This document shows positions 18,263 through 28,246 of a DNA stretch of 64,000 nt, in pieces. Position 1 is the first letter of the stretch. Every line of letters begins with the position of its first letter. Made by a program: the position numbers and the translations under genes. Source of the stretch: a virus (Duplodnaviria > Heunggongvirae > Uroviricota > Caudoviricetes); the IMG/VR virus record IMGVR_UViG_2795385584_000001, positions 21,334 through 85,333 of that record; one strand, 5' to 3'. The notes below the pieces were generated by a model that was given only the letters and a program-made list of their open reading frames with translations, ran no database searches and was not told the origin of the DNA.

Positions 18263-19147
18263 TTATAGGTCGATGACTGCGAGGGCGTCGTTGAGGGACA
18301 GCACGGAGCCATCCTCGGACGCAAAGCCCTGACGGGCCATGGCCTCTCGCAGCGACATGCCCTTGGGGGCGTCGTCCTCGGACCGAGATTGCAGAACCTG
18401 GGCTGCGGCAGCCGCAGCGTCTGCGGCGGCGCGGGCAGTGGTATGGACCGCCTGCACCGCGGCAACCTTGTCGATGCTGCCGAGGGAGTTCAGGACGGCG
18501 CGTGCTCGGCGGAGAAGGTCGCCGTCGGATCGGATTTCAGCGAGCGCTCCGGGGTCGCAGTCGGCTAGGAACGCGAGGGCCTGGTCGACTGACTTGAGTT
18601 CGGCGCTGGTGGTGGGGTTGGCGCCGAAGTTGACCACGGACACATCTCCCTTGTGCAGCGAGACCTCGGTAATGGTGCGGAGGGCGTAGTTGTCCTCCGG
18701 GAATTCCTCGGTGCACTCCCACTTCTGGCCCTTCACGCGGAAGGCGAAGGACATTTCGTCCAGGTCCTTGCGTCGCATCTTCGGTTCAAGCCGTTGCACG
18801 TCGGGGTCGGACCGGTCGAGTGTGGCGCCGACCTTGAGACCGTGCCGGTCGACGCCTAGCTGGAGGGTGCCGGACTTGGTGCGCGCCAGCGGCATTCCCT
18901 CGTGGTTGATCAGCAGGTGCAAGTCCGGCTTCTCGCGAAGGGTGTTGGTGAAGGCACCCTTGTCCAGCTGCTCGATCCAGCCGCCAGCGTCCGGGCCGCC
19001 ATACATCTCGTATGGCTCGAACGTCGATGCGTACCCGGTGAGGGTGATGGTGTCGCTGTCCTCGCGGACTTCAAACGAGGATGTCCGGCGGTGCTCCCAG
19101 ACGTCCTTGCGGTTGTCGCGGTCGGCGCGAATGGTGTTGGTGGTCAT
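18263..19147 (-). CDS. prohead protease
   Basis: Position between portal and capsid; 294-aa ORF translationally coupled to the portal gene. HK97-family (S78) assignment is inferred from position only. Confidence 0.7.
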   Translation of the reverse strand: MTTNTIRADRDNRKDVWEHRRTSSFEVREDSDTITLTGYASTFEPYEMYGGPDAGGWIEQLDKGAFTNTLREKPDLHLLINHEGMPLARTKSGTLQLGVDRHGLKVGATLDRSDPDVQRLEPKMRRKDLDEMSFAFRVKGQKWECTEEFPEDNYALRTITEVSLHKGDVSVVNFGANPTTSAELKSVDQALAFLADCDPGALAEIRSDGDLLRRARAVLNSLGSIDKVAAVQAVHTTARAAADAAAAAAQVLQSRSEDDAPKGMSLREAMARQGFASEDGSVLSLNDALAVIDL

Positions 19148-20451
19148 TGCTCCTCCTGTCCCGTGCCTTCTTCGTCCTCGTCGGGTTCGTCGGCCGGTTC
19201 TTCTTCGGGGGTTTCGTCGTCCTCTGGCTCTGGCTCTGCCTCGGACGTCCCGGGTGGGTCCGGGGGTGTCCAGCCGAGGGGCGCCATGTTGGTGGGTTGT
19301 AGCCGGATGTCGCCGCCCTCCACGGGTTCCATGTCCTCGCGTTCACGGATGTCGTTGACGCTGTAAACACCGGCGTCGCGACCGGCCTTGTAGGACGTCC
19401 ATAGGGACTTGATGTCGCCGCGGAGCAGGTCGTTGACGTCGAACTTCACGAAGACGCCGCGCGGGAGCAGCGTGGACAGTTGCTGCTCGATGCAGGTGAG
19501 CCAGGGGCGCAAGGTGTACCGGACGAAGCCGGTGGACTGCTGCTCGATGCCGGTACCCCATGAGGTCGTCTTCTCGGTGTCGCCGATCATGTGGGGCGGG
19601 ATACGGAACAGCATGGCGATCTCGCCGCGCTGGTACTTGCGCGTCTCCAGGAACTGGGACTCGTTGGGGGATATGGCGATTGGGCGCCACTTAACCCCGC
19701 CGGACAGGATCGCGGGGCGGCGACGGCCGCCATGGCTGGCGATCCATTGCTGTTGCAGATTTTTGGTTGCCGTGGCGTCTAGGACGAGGTCTGTCTCAAG
19801 GACAGAGCTGGGGTTGGCCGAGTCGCGGAAGTAGTTGAGGCCGTACCGTTCTGCGGCAAGGGCGATGCCGACGGCTGCTGCTGCGCGTTGTACGGGGGAC
19901 AGTCCGAGTGCCGCTCCGGCGATGGGGTATCGCTTGATATGGAGGATGTCGGAGCGGTCGACCTTGCTGCCCTCAACGTAATAGTTGGGGTTGGGCCACC
20001 GGTCCTTGTCGGGCATCTCCACTGTGATGCAGTCGGGATGGACGGGCATGATGCCGCGTGGCCGGTCGTCTGGTCCGCGAGATGTTATGTAGCCGTAGCC
20101 ATTTCCGGTTACAGCTAGCGCTTCGACCAACATCCATACCCAGTCGAAGATCGTGTTTTCTACGTAGGGCTGTTGGACGATGACGGGCTGGGGATCGAGG
20201 GCCACCTTGGTCTTGCCCTGGCGTCGGTAGGCGACAAGCGGCAGCGCGGCGATGGTGTCGGCGAGAAGGGTTACGCAGGCGGAGAAGGCGGCGACCTGCA
20301 TCTCGCGGGTGCCCGTCGGCGTCATGGACCCGTACCCGTACATGCCGTTCATCGCGGCATCCTCAGCCGGGGTGGGCACAAACGACGAGCTGGTGATGGC
20401 CCGCTCCTCCACCGCGGGTGCGCCGGTGAAGATGCGGGACAGGAAGCTCAC
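19144..20451 (-). CDS. portal protein
   Basis: 435 aa, acidic C-terminus, between terminase and protease. Confidence 0.7.
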   Translation of the reverse strand: MSFLSRIFTGAPAVEERAITSSSFVPTPAEDAAMNGMYGYGSMTPTGTREMQVAAFSACVTLLADTIAALPLVAYRRQGKTKVALDPQPVIVQQPYVENTIFDWVWMLVEALAVTGNGYGYITSRGPDDRPRGIMPVHPDCITVEMPDKDRWPNPNYYVEGSKVDRSDILHIKRYPIAGAALGLSPVQRAAAAVGIALAAERYGLNYFRDSANPSSVLETDLVLDATATKNLQQQWIASHGGRRRPAILSGGVKWRPIAISPNESQFLETRKYQRGEIAMLFRIPPHMIGDTEKTTSWGTGIEQQSTGFVRYTLRPWLTCIEQQLSTLLPRGVFVKFDVNDLLRGDIKSLWTSYKAGRDAGVYSVNDIREREDMEPVEGGDIRLQPTNMAPLGWTPPDPPGTSEAEPEPEDDETPEEEPADEPDEDEEGTGQEEQ

Positions 20452-20621
20452 TGCTCAGTCCGCCGCTCACGGCTAGGAGGCGGGTCAATAGCTAAACCTA
20501 TTGCTACACAACCTATTCCGGTGACAATTAACCCTGCTGGGGGGTAAATTACCCACACGCCAGCGACAATCGCGAGGATTCCTAGCAGCTCAACGAGCGT
20601 TGCTACGGCAAACCTGATCAC
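20446..20621 (-). CDS. small two-TM membrane protein (58 aa; not in ORF track)
   Basis: GTG start overlaps the TerL stop (GTGA). Translation VIRFAVATLVELLGILAIVAGVWVIYPPAGLIVTGIGCVAIGLAIDPPPSRERRTEQ. AT-rich codons in an AT-rich TerL-portal intergenic region. Confidence 0.35.
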
Positions 20622-22228
20622 TCAAACTCCCCTCGTTCCCATCGCGCGATCTCCTCGTCGTCGGGCCATTCATGGATTTCAGGTACCGGGTCTGGCTCCG
20701 GTATCCCCTTGGATTCGGCCCATGCCGCGGCGGCGCAGGCGACCAATGGTGAGGCGTCGACCGGGCTTCCCTTGCGGTCGAATACCCATGCGTCGCCTAG
20801 TGATTTCGCAGCTGCTGATGCGGCGGCGGTGTCCAGTGCCGCTTGGGGCCGATGCTTGATTCCCCGTTGCACGAGGCCGTCGTAGAAGTCGCCGCACGCC
20901 TTCGCCAGGTCCGGGCCGCCCCACTCCAGCACCGGGATTTGGGCTTTCTCCATGCCCTCGATCAGGCCGGAGGCTGGTGCGCCGCGGACCTGTACCGCCA
21001 CCGCGACGAACTTTCCGGCGCGTACGGGGTCGATGAACCACGGTGTAATCCAGTCGGTTCCGCGTCCGGCCTTCACGACCTCGACGTGTAGGAGTCCGTC
21101 GGCGCGCCGTGCCGCGATGGCGATGTAGGCGCGGGAGCGTTGGAAGTTGACGTCTACGGCAGCCCACACAGGTGCCCCCTCAGCCCTGCGTGAGTCCGGG
21201 TCCATCGTTTCCGCCCAGTGCTCAGGCTCGATGATTCCGGGCAACAGGGTGTCGACCCATTGGCATAGGTGCTCGGTTTTGAATCCGGCGATGTCGCCGC
21301 GCTTCGCCTCGTACTTGGCAGCCAGTGACTGCTCGTCGTGGCCTGGCAGCCAGCCGAGGGCGGGGTTGGCCATGGGCCACACCGACCGGTCACCCGGGTC
21401 GGCGTCGTCCGGCGCGGACCACTCGAACAGTCCTGTACTGGTGCCCGCGGTGGCGTTGCGGTAGATGTCCTCTAGGCAGCCCTGCCGGACGGACCGCAGT
21501 ACCGCCGAGCGTTTGTCACCGGCGTTGGAGGCGCAGATCACCTGACTGTTCGGCCGGGCGGTGGTTGTCGGAACGATGGCGTCCCATGCCAGCCAGTCGT
21601 GGTGCTCGCGCAGCTCATCCAGCTCTGCCAGGTCGACGGAGAAGGATCGGCCACCCTTGCGGTTGGCGGCGACCGCACGCCATGACCGGCGGCCGGTCAG
21701 CAGCATGCGGTGCTTGCCGTTCGTCTGGACGTGTTTGACGAATTCGCGCCTGAGGGCAGGGCATTCGTCGACGTTGATGACGACCTCGCCCAGTGTCGCC
21801 TCGGCGTACTCCAGACCCTGCGCCGCGATCAGGACCGTTTTGGCTGCCGGTGGCTTCCCCGCCATCGGGTGGCCGGTCTTGTTGAGGTACAGGCGCCACA
21901 GCCCGAGTCCGCGCAGCCACTGCGTCTTGCCGTTCTGCCTGGCGATCAGGATGCAGACGGTGCGGAACCGGAAGCCGATGCCCCCGGCGCCCTTCTCCAA
22001 CGCGTGGACGTAGAGCCACTTCTGCCAGGGCAGAAGTTCCCAGTTGACTACGTTTTCGAGGAAGTCGATGCAGCCGAAGCCCCATGAGGTGGCGGGGTTG
22101 AGGCCGCACCCGCATCCGCAGGTCTCGGGTAGGTCCGGGTCGCAGTGATCGGCTAGGGGTGGTGTGAACAGCCTGGGGACTGTGTGTCCCCTAAGCGTTC
22201 TGTCGAGAACGCCACTCGTCGAGGTCAC
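20618..22228 (-). CDS. terminase large subunit
   Basis: 536 aa, Walker A-like ARQNGKT, upstream of portal. Confidence 0.8.
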   Translation of the reverse strand: MTSTSGVLDRTLRGHTVPRLFTPPLADHCDPDLPETCGCGCGLNPATSWGFGCIDFLENVVNWELLPWQKWLYVHALEKGAGGIGFRFRTVCILIARQNGKTQWLRGLGLWRLYLNKTGHPMAGKPPAAKTVLIAAQGLEYAEATLGEVVINVDECPALRREFVKHVQTNGKHRMLLTGRRSWRAVAANRKGGRSFSVDLAELDELREHHDWLAWDAIVPTTTARPNSQVICASNAGDKRSAVLRSVRQGCLEDIYRNATAGTSTGLFEWSAPDDADPGDRSVWPMANPALGWLPGHDEQSLAAKYEAKRGDIAGFKTEHLCQWVDTLLPGIIEPEHWAETMDPDSRRAEGAPVWAAVDVNFQRSRAYIAIAARRADGLLHVEVVKAGRGTDWITPWFIDPVRAGKFVAVAVQVRGAPASGLIEGMEKAQIPVLEWGGPDLAKACGDFYDGLVQRGIKHRPQAALDTAAASAAAKSLGDAWVFDRKGSPVDASPLVACAAAAWAESKGIPEPDPVPEIHEWPDDEEIARWERGEFE

Positions 22229-22640
22229 TCACGTTGTCGCCGCTGGCGTCTCCGCCGTCGGCGCCTTCGTCGTCTTCGTTGCCGTCGGGGTCCGGCGGTT
22301 CGCCACCCGGAACGCGGGTGCCCGCGCCCGGTTCTAGCCCGAACAGGCGGGCCTCCTGCTGTAGGACGCGTCGGCAGTGCTCAGCAGATCGAGTGTCACC
22401 GGCAACGGCACGCGGATAGTGCGCGGCCCACAGCGCCTCCAGCCGTTCCACGTACACGTCGAACGCTTGGTCGCGGAGCAGGTCCCGGCGCTCCGACTTC
22501 TGCATCTCGCGCCGGACTGCCTTGTGGCAGGCGGCCAGGGTGTTGTAGCCGCATGCCTCTTGGATGGCGCGGAAGGACTTACCGGCGATGAACAGACGCA
22601 CGGCTTTCATATCCCGCGCCAGGCGTTCCGCCGCGTTCAT
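22191..22640 (-). CDS. terminase small subunit / HTH DNA-binding protein
   Basis: HTH (GKSFRAIQEACGY), acidic C-terminus, overlaps the TerL start. Confidence 0.45.
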   Translation of the reverse strand: MNAAERLARDMKAVRLFIAGKSFRAIQEACGYNTLAACHKAVRREMQKSERRDLLRDQAFDVYVERLEALWAAHYPRAVAGDTRSAEHCRRVLQQEARLFGLEPGAGTRVPGGEPPDPDGNEDDEGADGGDASGDNVSDLDEWRSRQNA

Positions 22641-24098
22641 CTAGTCGTCGCCGTCCTCGTCGGCTGGCGGGTCGATGACCATCTGGACCTCACCGCACCG
22701 GCGGGCAGCGCGCTTCCGGTCCCCCTTCACCAGGACGAGGACGTCCTGGTGAGTGCGCCCCAGTGAGCGGCCCTGCGTGAACTGCTTGGCAGCCGTGAAA
22801 CGGTTAGAGCCAACCGCCTGCACGAGCACAGCGTCGTTGGCCAGCTTCATGTCCGCTTCCGCGACGGCGCGCTGCACCAGTGCTCGCATATCTCGAAGGT
22901 CTCCACGCTTGTCACGCACGGACCCGACGACCAGGCAGGCGAATGAGTCGTCGATGAGCACACGCGCCACCTCCCCCATGGTCTCGATGAATGCCTGGTC
23001 GAATTCGGCTGTCGACATGGCGGATAAGTCCGCAGGGTCCTTGGAGTACTGCTCCAGGTCGTAGTACGGAGGGCAGCCGATCATCATGTCGAAGGAGTCG
23101 GCATCGAGGGTCTTGAGCAGCTCCCGGGAGTCGCCCTGCACCCATTCCGGGCGTGGCCCGGGGTTGTACAGGTTCGGCTCAACCGCCGCCCACTGCTCGT
23201 CGTTCTCGGCGATCTGGTCGGCGGACAGGTCTATGCCGCGGTACCGGCGGCCGATAGCGGACGACACGATGCCGCGGACGCTGCCACCGGCCCACGGATC
23301 GATCACCGCGGCGCCAGGCGGGGAGAACCATGTCACCAGCAGCTCTGCCAGTACGGGGTCGAACACCGAGACGTGGCCGCCCTCGTACTGCTTGAGCTGG
23401 TCGCCGTACCGCTCGATGATCTCGTCGTCGGCAAGGGTCCGGCCTAGCTTCGCCTCGGCAGTGTTCTTGACCTGGTACCAGTTCTTGTAGACGGTCTGGG
23501 CTGCTTGGTAGGCCATCTGTCCGGCGACCGCGCGGCCCTCGACCGAGGCGATGCCTAGTGCCTTCCAAGCCCGGCCGCGGTCGCGCCACGGACCTTGCCG
23601 TGCGTCCAGCACCGACAGCGGCGGCACCCCGAATCGCTCGGCCAGGGTCGCCTTGGCACCCTCGGTGTCCCCCTCGCCCGGGTTCAACTCGGCCGCCAGC
23701 TCCTCCAGGTCGGCCGCCGAGTATCCGGTGCCGTCCAGCTCGTCCAGGTCCTCCAGGAGCGCCAGCAGTTCGGCAGTGTCGTAGTCACCCAGGTCGGACA
23801 AACGGTTGTCGGCCGCGACGATGGCCTTGGCCTGCTGTTCGGAGACGTCCAGCAACGTGGCGCTGATGGTGTCCCAGCCCAGCTTGCGGGCAGCCAGGAG
23901 GGTGTGGTTGCCCGCAAGCACCTCCATGGGGCGACCTGTCTTGGTGCCTGCGTTGACGACAATCGGCCGGTACTGGCCATGACGGGAGAGCGACTGGACG
24001 ATGGCGTCGACCTGTCCGCGCCGGGGGTTGCCGGCGAAAGTCCTCAGGTCGGTTACAGCAAACACTCGGACGACCAGGTCCTCGGGGGTCGTGGTCAT
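22641..24098 (-). CDS. ParB-like nuclease domain fused to DNA N6/N4 methyltransferase
   Basis: ParB/Srx-like N-terminus (GNHTLLAARKLG); AdoMet motif VIDPWAGGS and catalytic CPPY motif. Confidence 0.7.
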   Translation of the reverse strand: MTTTPEDLVVRVFAVTDLRTFAGNPRRGQVDAIVQSLSRHGQYRPIVVNAGTKTGRPMEVLAGNHTLLAARKLGWDTISATLLDVSEQQAKAIVAADNRLSDLGDYDTAELLALLEDLDELDGTGYSAADLEELAAELNPGEGDTEGAKATLAERFGVPPLSVLDARQGPWRDRGRAWKALGIASVEGRAVAGQMAYQAAQTVYKNWYQVKNTAEAKLGRTLADDEIIERYGDQLKQYEGGHVSVFDPVLAELLVTWFSPPGAAVIDPWAGGSVRGIVSSAIGRRYRGIDLSADQIAENDEQWAAVEPNLYNPGPRPEWVQGDSRELLKTLDADSFDMMIGCPPYYDLEQYSKDPADLSAMSTAEFDQAFIETMGEVARVLIDDSFACLVVGSVRDKRGDLRDMRALVQRAVAEADMKLANDAVLVQAVGSNRFTAAKQFTQGRSLGRTHQDVLVLVKGDRKRAARRCGEVQMVIDPPADEDGDD

Positions 24099-24278
24099 GT
24101 GGATTCCGTCAACTTTCGTCGGGGGGGGAGGACACAAGCCGGGCGGCATGGGCCTCGCCTGGGCGTTTGAAGTTTCGGAGCCCCCTTACCCCTCTGGTTG
24201 GCCCTGAGACGGCCGTTTGTGGGGTGTCGGGTGCCATCCGGTCCTCTGTGGCACGGGGGCGTACAGGGCGTTTCAGCG

Positions 24279-25031
24279 TCACCACTGCTCTGAGGGCAAA
24301 CCGATGTCGATGTGGGCGTCGTCGGTGCCGCGTTTGAGGTTGCAGTCGCGGTGGGAGGGCCGGAGGTTGTTGATGTCCATGGCCAGCTCGGGGCGTTCCT
24401 TGACTGGTGCGGCGTGGTCGGCGTTGAAGACGTCGGGGTGGTACGGGTCGGTGATGGTGTAGTCGATGGGTCGGTGGCAGATCCAGCAGGGTGCGCCGGT
24501 GGTGCCGTCGTCGTTGGTGTGGTGGGCGCAGGCGGTGCGGAAGTCGGCGACGAGCTTGCGGTAGGCGCGGGAGCGTGGGCGTCCGTCTGCGTCCAGGCCC
24601 TGGACGTTGGCGGGGTCCACGGGTGTGGTGGGCGCTTCGTCGTGGGTCTCGTACCAGTGGCGGGCTGCCTGCTGGATGTTGTGGGGCCGCTGCTGCTGGG
24701 CGCGGGCGAGCACCACGTCCTTACCGGGGTTGATGGTTACGACCTCAGCGCCCAGTGCGCGGTACTTGGTGAGCAGGGCCTCGCTGGGGGTGGAGTGGAT
24801 GACGTACACGTCCGTGGTGGCGATCTGTAGGACCGCGGTGTCTATGGCTGCCTGCCGGGCTGCCTTCGTTACGGCCTTCACGTGCTCGGGGTGGCTGTGG
24901 GGGTCACCGTCGGGCGGGGTGAGGACGTTGGCGATGGCGTCGTAGTCGATGGTGATGTCGCCAGGCTGGGCGTTGGCCTGTACCCACGTGGACTTGCCTG
25001 CTGCGGGTGGGCCGGTCACCACGTACAGCAC
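24279..25031 (-). CDS. P-loop NTPase fused to HNH endonuclease
   Basis: Walker A GPPAAGKST; C-terminal CWICHRPID...NADH...NLRPSHRDCN HNH motif; lies near the terminase genes. Confidence 0.6.
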   Translation of the reverse strand: MLYVVTGPPAAGKSTWVQANAQPGDITIDYDAIANVLTPPDGDPHSHPEHVKAVTKAARQAAIDTAVLQIATTDVYVIHSTPSEALLTKYRALGAEVVTINPGKDVVLARAQQQRPHNIQQAARHWYETHDEAPTTPVDPANVQGLDADGRPRSRAYRKLVADFRTACAHHTNDDGTTGAPCWICHRPIDYTITDPYHPDVFNADHAAPVKERPELAMDINNLRPSHRDCNLKRGTDDAHIDIGLPSEQW

Positions 25032-25255
25032 TAGACCGCCACCAGGTGGCCGCACTCCAGGCAGCGGGGTGTGCCGCAGTAGCCGGTGATGCGGATACGG
25101 TCGTCGGCGGCCAGGACCACGGCGCCGTGCGCGGGCGCATTGGGTCCGGCGAGGGTGCCGTCCAGCCGGAACCACTCGCTACCGCATTTGATGCAGCGGT
25201 GGTTGGTGGTCAGCGGGGTGCGGTGGGCGTCGAGGCTGGTGACATTGTCGGCCAT
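25031..25255 (-). CDS. zinc-ribbon hypothetical protein
   Basis: CIKCG...CLECG pairs. Confidence 0.3.
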   Translation of the reverse strand: MADNVTSLDAHRTPLTTNHRCIKCGSEWFRLDGTLAGPNAPAHGAVVLAADDRIRITGYCGTPRCLECGHLVAV

Positions 25256-25512
25256 CAGCGGAACCACCGGAGTATGCGGAGCAGTGGCCGCTTCCAGCGG
25301 GGTGCGGTCAGGCACCGCACGGTGTCGTATAGCTCGGTGATGCGCCTGTGGGCGCGGGCGACTGGGTCCTGGCCGGGTGCCGGGCAGGCGGGTGGTTCTA
25401 AGTCAGGTGTAAGTCCGCCGAAGGCATGGACCCCTGAATACTTCTTGCCGCTCACGTGGTCGATGTACACGACGCCGTCGATGACGACGCCTACGCGCTG
25501 GCCGTCGGGCAT
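25255..25512 (-). CDS. hypothetical protein
   Basis: ORF coupled to neighbours. Confidence 0.3.
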   Translation of the reverse strand: MPDGQRVGVVIDGVVYIDHVSGKKYSGVHAFGGLTPDLEPPACPAPGQDPVARAHRRITELYDTVRCLTAPRWKRPLLRILRWFR

Positions 25513-25943
25513 CAGTGGAGACCCACGGGCTTGTGGCCGCGGATGTCGGCGTCACCGGGGCAGCTGGTGCACAGGGCGTCGGGGCCGCCGAGCCAGTCGG
25601 GTGCCGGGTGCTCGCACTTGCCGTCAGCGTGGGAGGGGTGTCCGCAGTAGCCGCATGGGGGGTTACTGGTGTCGGCCTCGGGTCGCTCTACGGTCGCTAC
25701 GAACTCGCAGAACGTGTACTCGGCGAGTGGCCGGTCAAGGTTGGCGGCTGCGAGCGGTACACCGGTGTTCGGGTCCTTCGGTAGGGCGTCGACAGGAATT
25801 ACGGCCGACGTGACAGCGACGACGGTGAGGCCGTCGGCCGCCGCGGTGGTCTCAATCGACTCGCGGGTGTGCCAGCGCACCTGGTCCATGTCCATGTCAG
25901 GAAGGACCGGGATAACGGCGCGGATCGTGCGCTGGTTGCTCAC
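25512..25943 (-). CDS. hypothetical protein, Cys-rich C-terminus
   Basis: 143-aa ORF, coupled to neighbours. Confidence 0.35.
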   Translation of the reverse strand: MSNQRTIRAVIPVLPDMDMDQVRWHTRESIETTAAADGLTVVAVTSAVIPVDALPKDPNTGVPLAAANLDRPLAEYTFCEFVATVERPEADTSNPPCGYCGHPSHADGKCEHPAPDWLGGPDALCTSCPGDADIRGHKPVGLH

Positions 25944-26383
25944 CAGAACAGCCGATCATCAGCGCGCGGCGCGTGGTAGATGCGGGCGGGCGGCCCGTAC
26001 AGCAGCTCCCGCGGTACCGGGACGTCGTCGAAGACGTACGTGTCGGCCCGGTAGTGCGCGCCGCTGCGGGTCCGTCCGATGGACAGGAACTGGACCCGGC
26101 CGCCGGAGCGGTGTCGGACGGACAGGTCGTTAGCACTGCGGCGGACCCGCTCCAGCACGTCGATACCCGGCATGAGATGGACGTCGACGAGGTTGCGGTG
26201 GTGTTCCTGTGTCACGGGCCAGTCCGACGTCTCGTACAGCACGAAACGGCCGCGACGAATCTCACCGGCGACGAGGTCGAGCAGGATGTGCGTCTTGCCG
26301 TGCTGGCGGTCGCCGCTGACGGTGACCACGGTGACCTTCGGGCCAGCAACGGCGTCCTGGTGGACCCGCTCCGCGGTGGTCAT
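25940..26383 (-). CDS. small Walker-A protein
   Basis: GDRQHGKT motif. Confidence 0.35.
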   Translation of the reverse strand: MTTAERVHQDAVAGPKVTVVTVSGDRQHGKTHILLDLVAGEIRRGRFVLYETSDWPVTQEHHRNLVDVHLMPGIDVLERVRRSANDLSVRHRSGGRVQFLSIGRTRSGAHYRADTYVFDDVPVPRELLYGPPARIYHAPRADDRLFW

Positions 26384-26697
26384 GCGTGGCGGTCCTGGAT
26401 GACGGACTGGTGGGCGTTGGCAATCGGCTCCCGCAGGCCCTCGCGGGCGATGGCTGCGTTGCCCCACATCAGCGCTTCCTCCAGCTTGGTCAACGCGAGG
26501 GCCTTCTCGCGGCCCGGCGGGAGGATCGAGTCGAGGTCGTGCGCCAGGTCCTTGCATTTCCCGCGGATGCTCTCGTGGCGGGTGACCTGGTCGACATCGG
26601 GTCGGTGGTAGTTGAACCGGTGGTCGATGTCGGCGTGACTGGCGGGGGTGCTGTGGAACATGGCTGGGTCTCCTTGGCGCCATAGGTTGCAGGTCAT
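26380..26697 (-). CDS. hypothetical protein
   Basis: Start MTCNLWR. Confidence 0.3.
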   Translation of the reverse strand: MTCNLWRQGDPAMFHSTPASHADIDHRFNYHRPDVDQVTRHESIRGKCKDLAHDLDSILPPGREKALALTKLEEALMWGNAAIAREGLREPIANAHQSVIQDRHA

Positions 26698-26756
26698 GGT
26701 CAGACCTGCCTCGTCGATCACTGCTCCTAGCAGCGGGTAGTGGAGGGCGGGTTGGG

Positions 26757-27128
26757 TCAGCACAGGTAGCACTTCTTCTTGGTGTGGTCGTGCTGGCGTC
26801 GGTGGCAGCCGGGGCATGTGCCGCCGAGCTGCTGGCCGCAGTGCCCGCACACCTCTGGGGCGCGCGGTGCCGGTGCGGTCGGGGTGGGCAGTGTGAGGAG
26901 CAGGGTGTAGAAGGTCAGCGGCTGGGACGCCGGATACGCCATGCCTGCGACGGTGGCCACGACGTCCGGGGTGAGGAGGTCGGGGTCGGTGGTGATCACC
27001 ACGGGCTTGCATCGGCGCCCCTTGCCGGACTGCCCTGGTGTGATGATCTGCCAGCCGGTCAGGTCCAGGAGGTCGGCCACCCGCTCGCCGTCCTCACGGC
27101 TGCGGGCGACTACGACACCGGCGCGCAT
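26757..27128 (-). CDS. hypothetical protein, Cys-rich C-terminus
   Basis: Start MRAGVVV; CGHCG...CPGCH. Confidence 0.3.
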   Translation of the reverse strand: MRAGVVVARSREDGERVADLLDLTGWQIITPGQSGKGRRCKPVVITTDPDLLTPDVVATVAGMAYPASQPLTFYTLLLTLPTPTAPAPRAPEVCGHCGQQLGGTCPGCHRRQHDHTKKKCYLC

Positions 27129-27610
27129 CAGACGGGCGCCGGGTGGTTCTGGAACCAGCCCTCGTACTGCTGCGGTGTGAGGAACGGGTACCGCTGCACC
27201 GTGGTGAGGTTGACCGTCCCACCGCCGGTGGTGGGGGCGACGATGGCGAAGTTTCGCCATGACCGGTCCCCGCGGTTGAACACGATGTTGGAGAAGCTGA
27301 TGTCGATGTACAGCGGCTGATCCCACGCCAGGAGCGGGGTGTTGGCGATGAGCTTGACGTTGACCGTGCCATCCAGCTGCTTCAACCGGCCCTCGTCGAG
27401 GCGGGCGGTGAAGGTGTCGAGCGCGAAGTCGGTGGGGCGTGGGTCGTACTCGGCGGCGCGGAACGCCCAGCCGGACGGCACCCGGTACCGGAACAGGATG
27501 GTGCCGGTGACGGGTCGGATGTCCGGCTCGTTGTCCGGGTCGGTCTGGCGGTCGGTGACACCGGCCCAGGTGTCGTAGCTGACCGTGAACGACTCTGGCA
27601 GAGCGCTCAC
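27128..27610 (-). CDS. hypothetical protein
   Basis: 160-aa ORF. Confidence 0.35.
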   Translation of the reverse strand: MSALPESFTVSYDTWAGVTDRQTDPDNEPDIRPVTGTILFRYRVPSGWAFRAAEYDPRPTDFALDTFTARLDEGRLKQLDGTVNVKLIANTPLLAWDQPLYIDISFSNIVFNRGDRSWRNFAIVAPTTGGGTVNLTTVQRYPFLTPQQYEGWFQNHPAPV

Positions 27611-27957
27611 TTGCCCTTGGCGCCCTTACCGGTGTGCGCCGCCGGGGTGTGGTCCTCGCCGCCGGTCGTCGTGTACGCCTCGCCGGTGTGCACGGTCTCC
27701 AGCACCTCGGGGTCCTGGATGGTGGCGTCGCTGAGGTGGGCGTCCGGCGCGATGACGACGGACTCTGGCGGCAGGTTGTCGAGGCTGATGACTCCGTCCA
27801 TGACAGTGCCGGTCGTGATGGCGGGGTCGGCGCGATGCCCGGACTCGATGGCGGCCAGCGTTACCGTGCCTTCCGCGGTGGTGTCGATGGTGTATTCGTC
27901 GACGTCCTGCAAGTAGATGACGCGGTCGTTGAAGCGGATCTCAAGGCGTGCGGCCAT
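27607..27957 (-). CDS. hypothetical protein
   Basis: 116-aa ORF. Confidence 0.3.
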   Translation of the reverse strand: MAARLEIRFNDRVIYLQDVDEYTIDTTAEGTVTLAAIESGHRADPAITTGTVMDGVISLDNLPPESVVIAPDAHLSDATIQDPEVLETVHTGEAYTTTGGEDHTPAAHTGKGAKGK

Positions 27958-28246
27958 CGGAGTCTCCTAGGTTGGGGAAGAGGTTCTTGAAGGGGATGGA
28001 CGGGAGACCGCGTAGGCGTGAAAGTAGCTCTGTCACAATGGTTTTTGCGAGTTCGTCGAGTTTGTTGAGGCCAGTGCGGTCCAGGATTGCGCGGGTAATG
28101 GCGTCGGCGATCACGGGCAGCTTGTCGTCCAGCTCGCCGATTCGCGCGAATACGCGGTCCAGTACCCGGTCAATCAGCTTGTCCAGCAGGCGGTCGATGA
28201 GTGTGTTTGATGGACGTTGACCGGGCAGGATCGAAGAATCGTCCAT
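27941..28246 (-). CDS. hypothetical protein
   Basis: Start MDDSSIL. Confidence 0.3.
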   Translation of the reverse strand: MDDSSILPGQRPSNTLIDRLLDKLIDRVLDRVFARIGELDDKLPVIADAITRAILDRTGLNKLDELAKTIVTELLSRLRGLPSIPFKNLFPNLGDSDGRTP

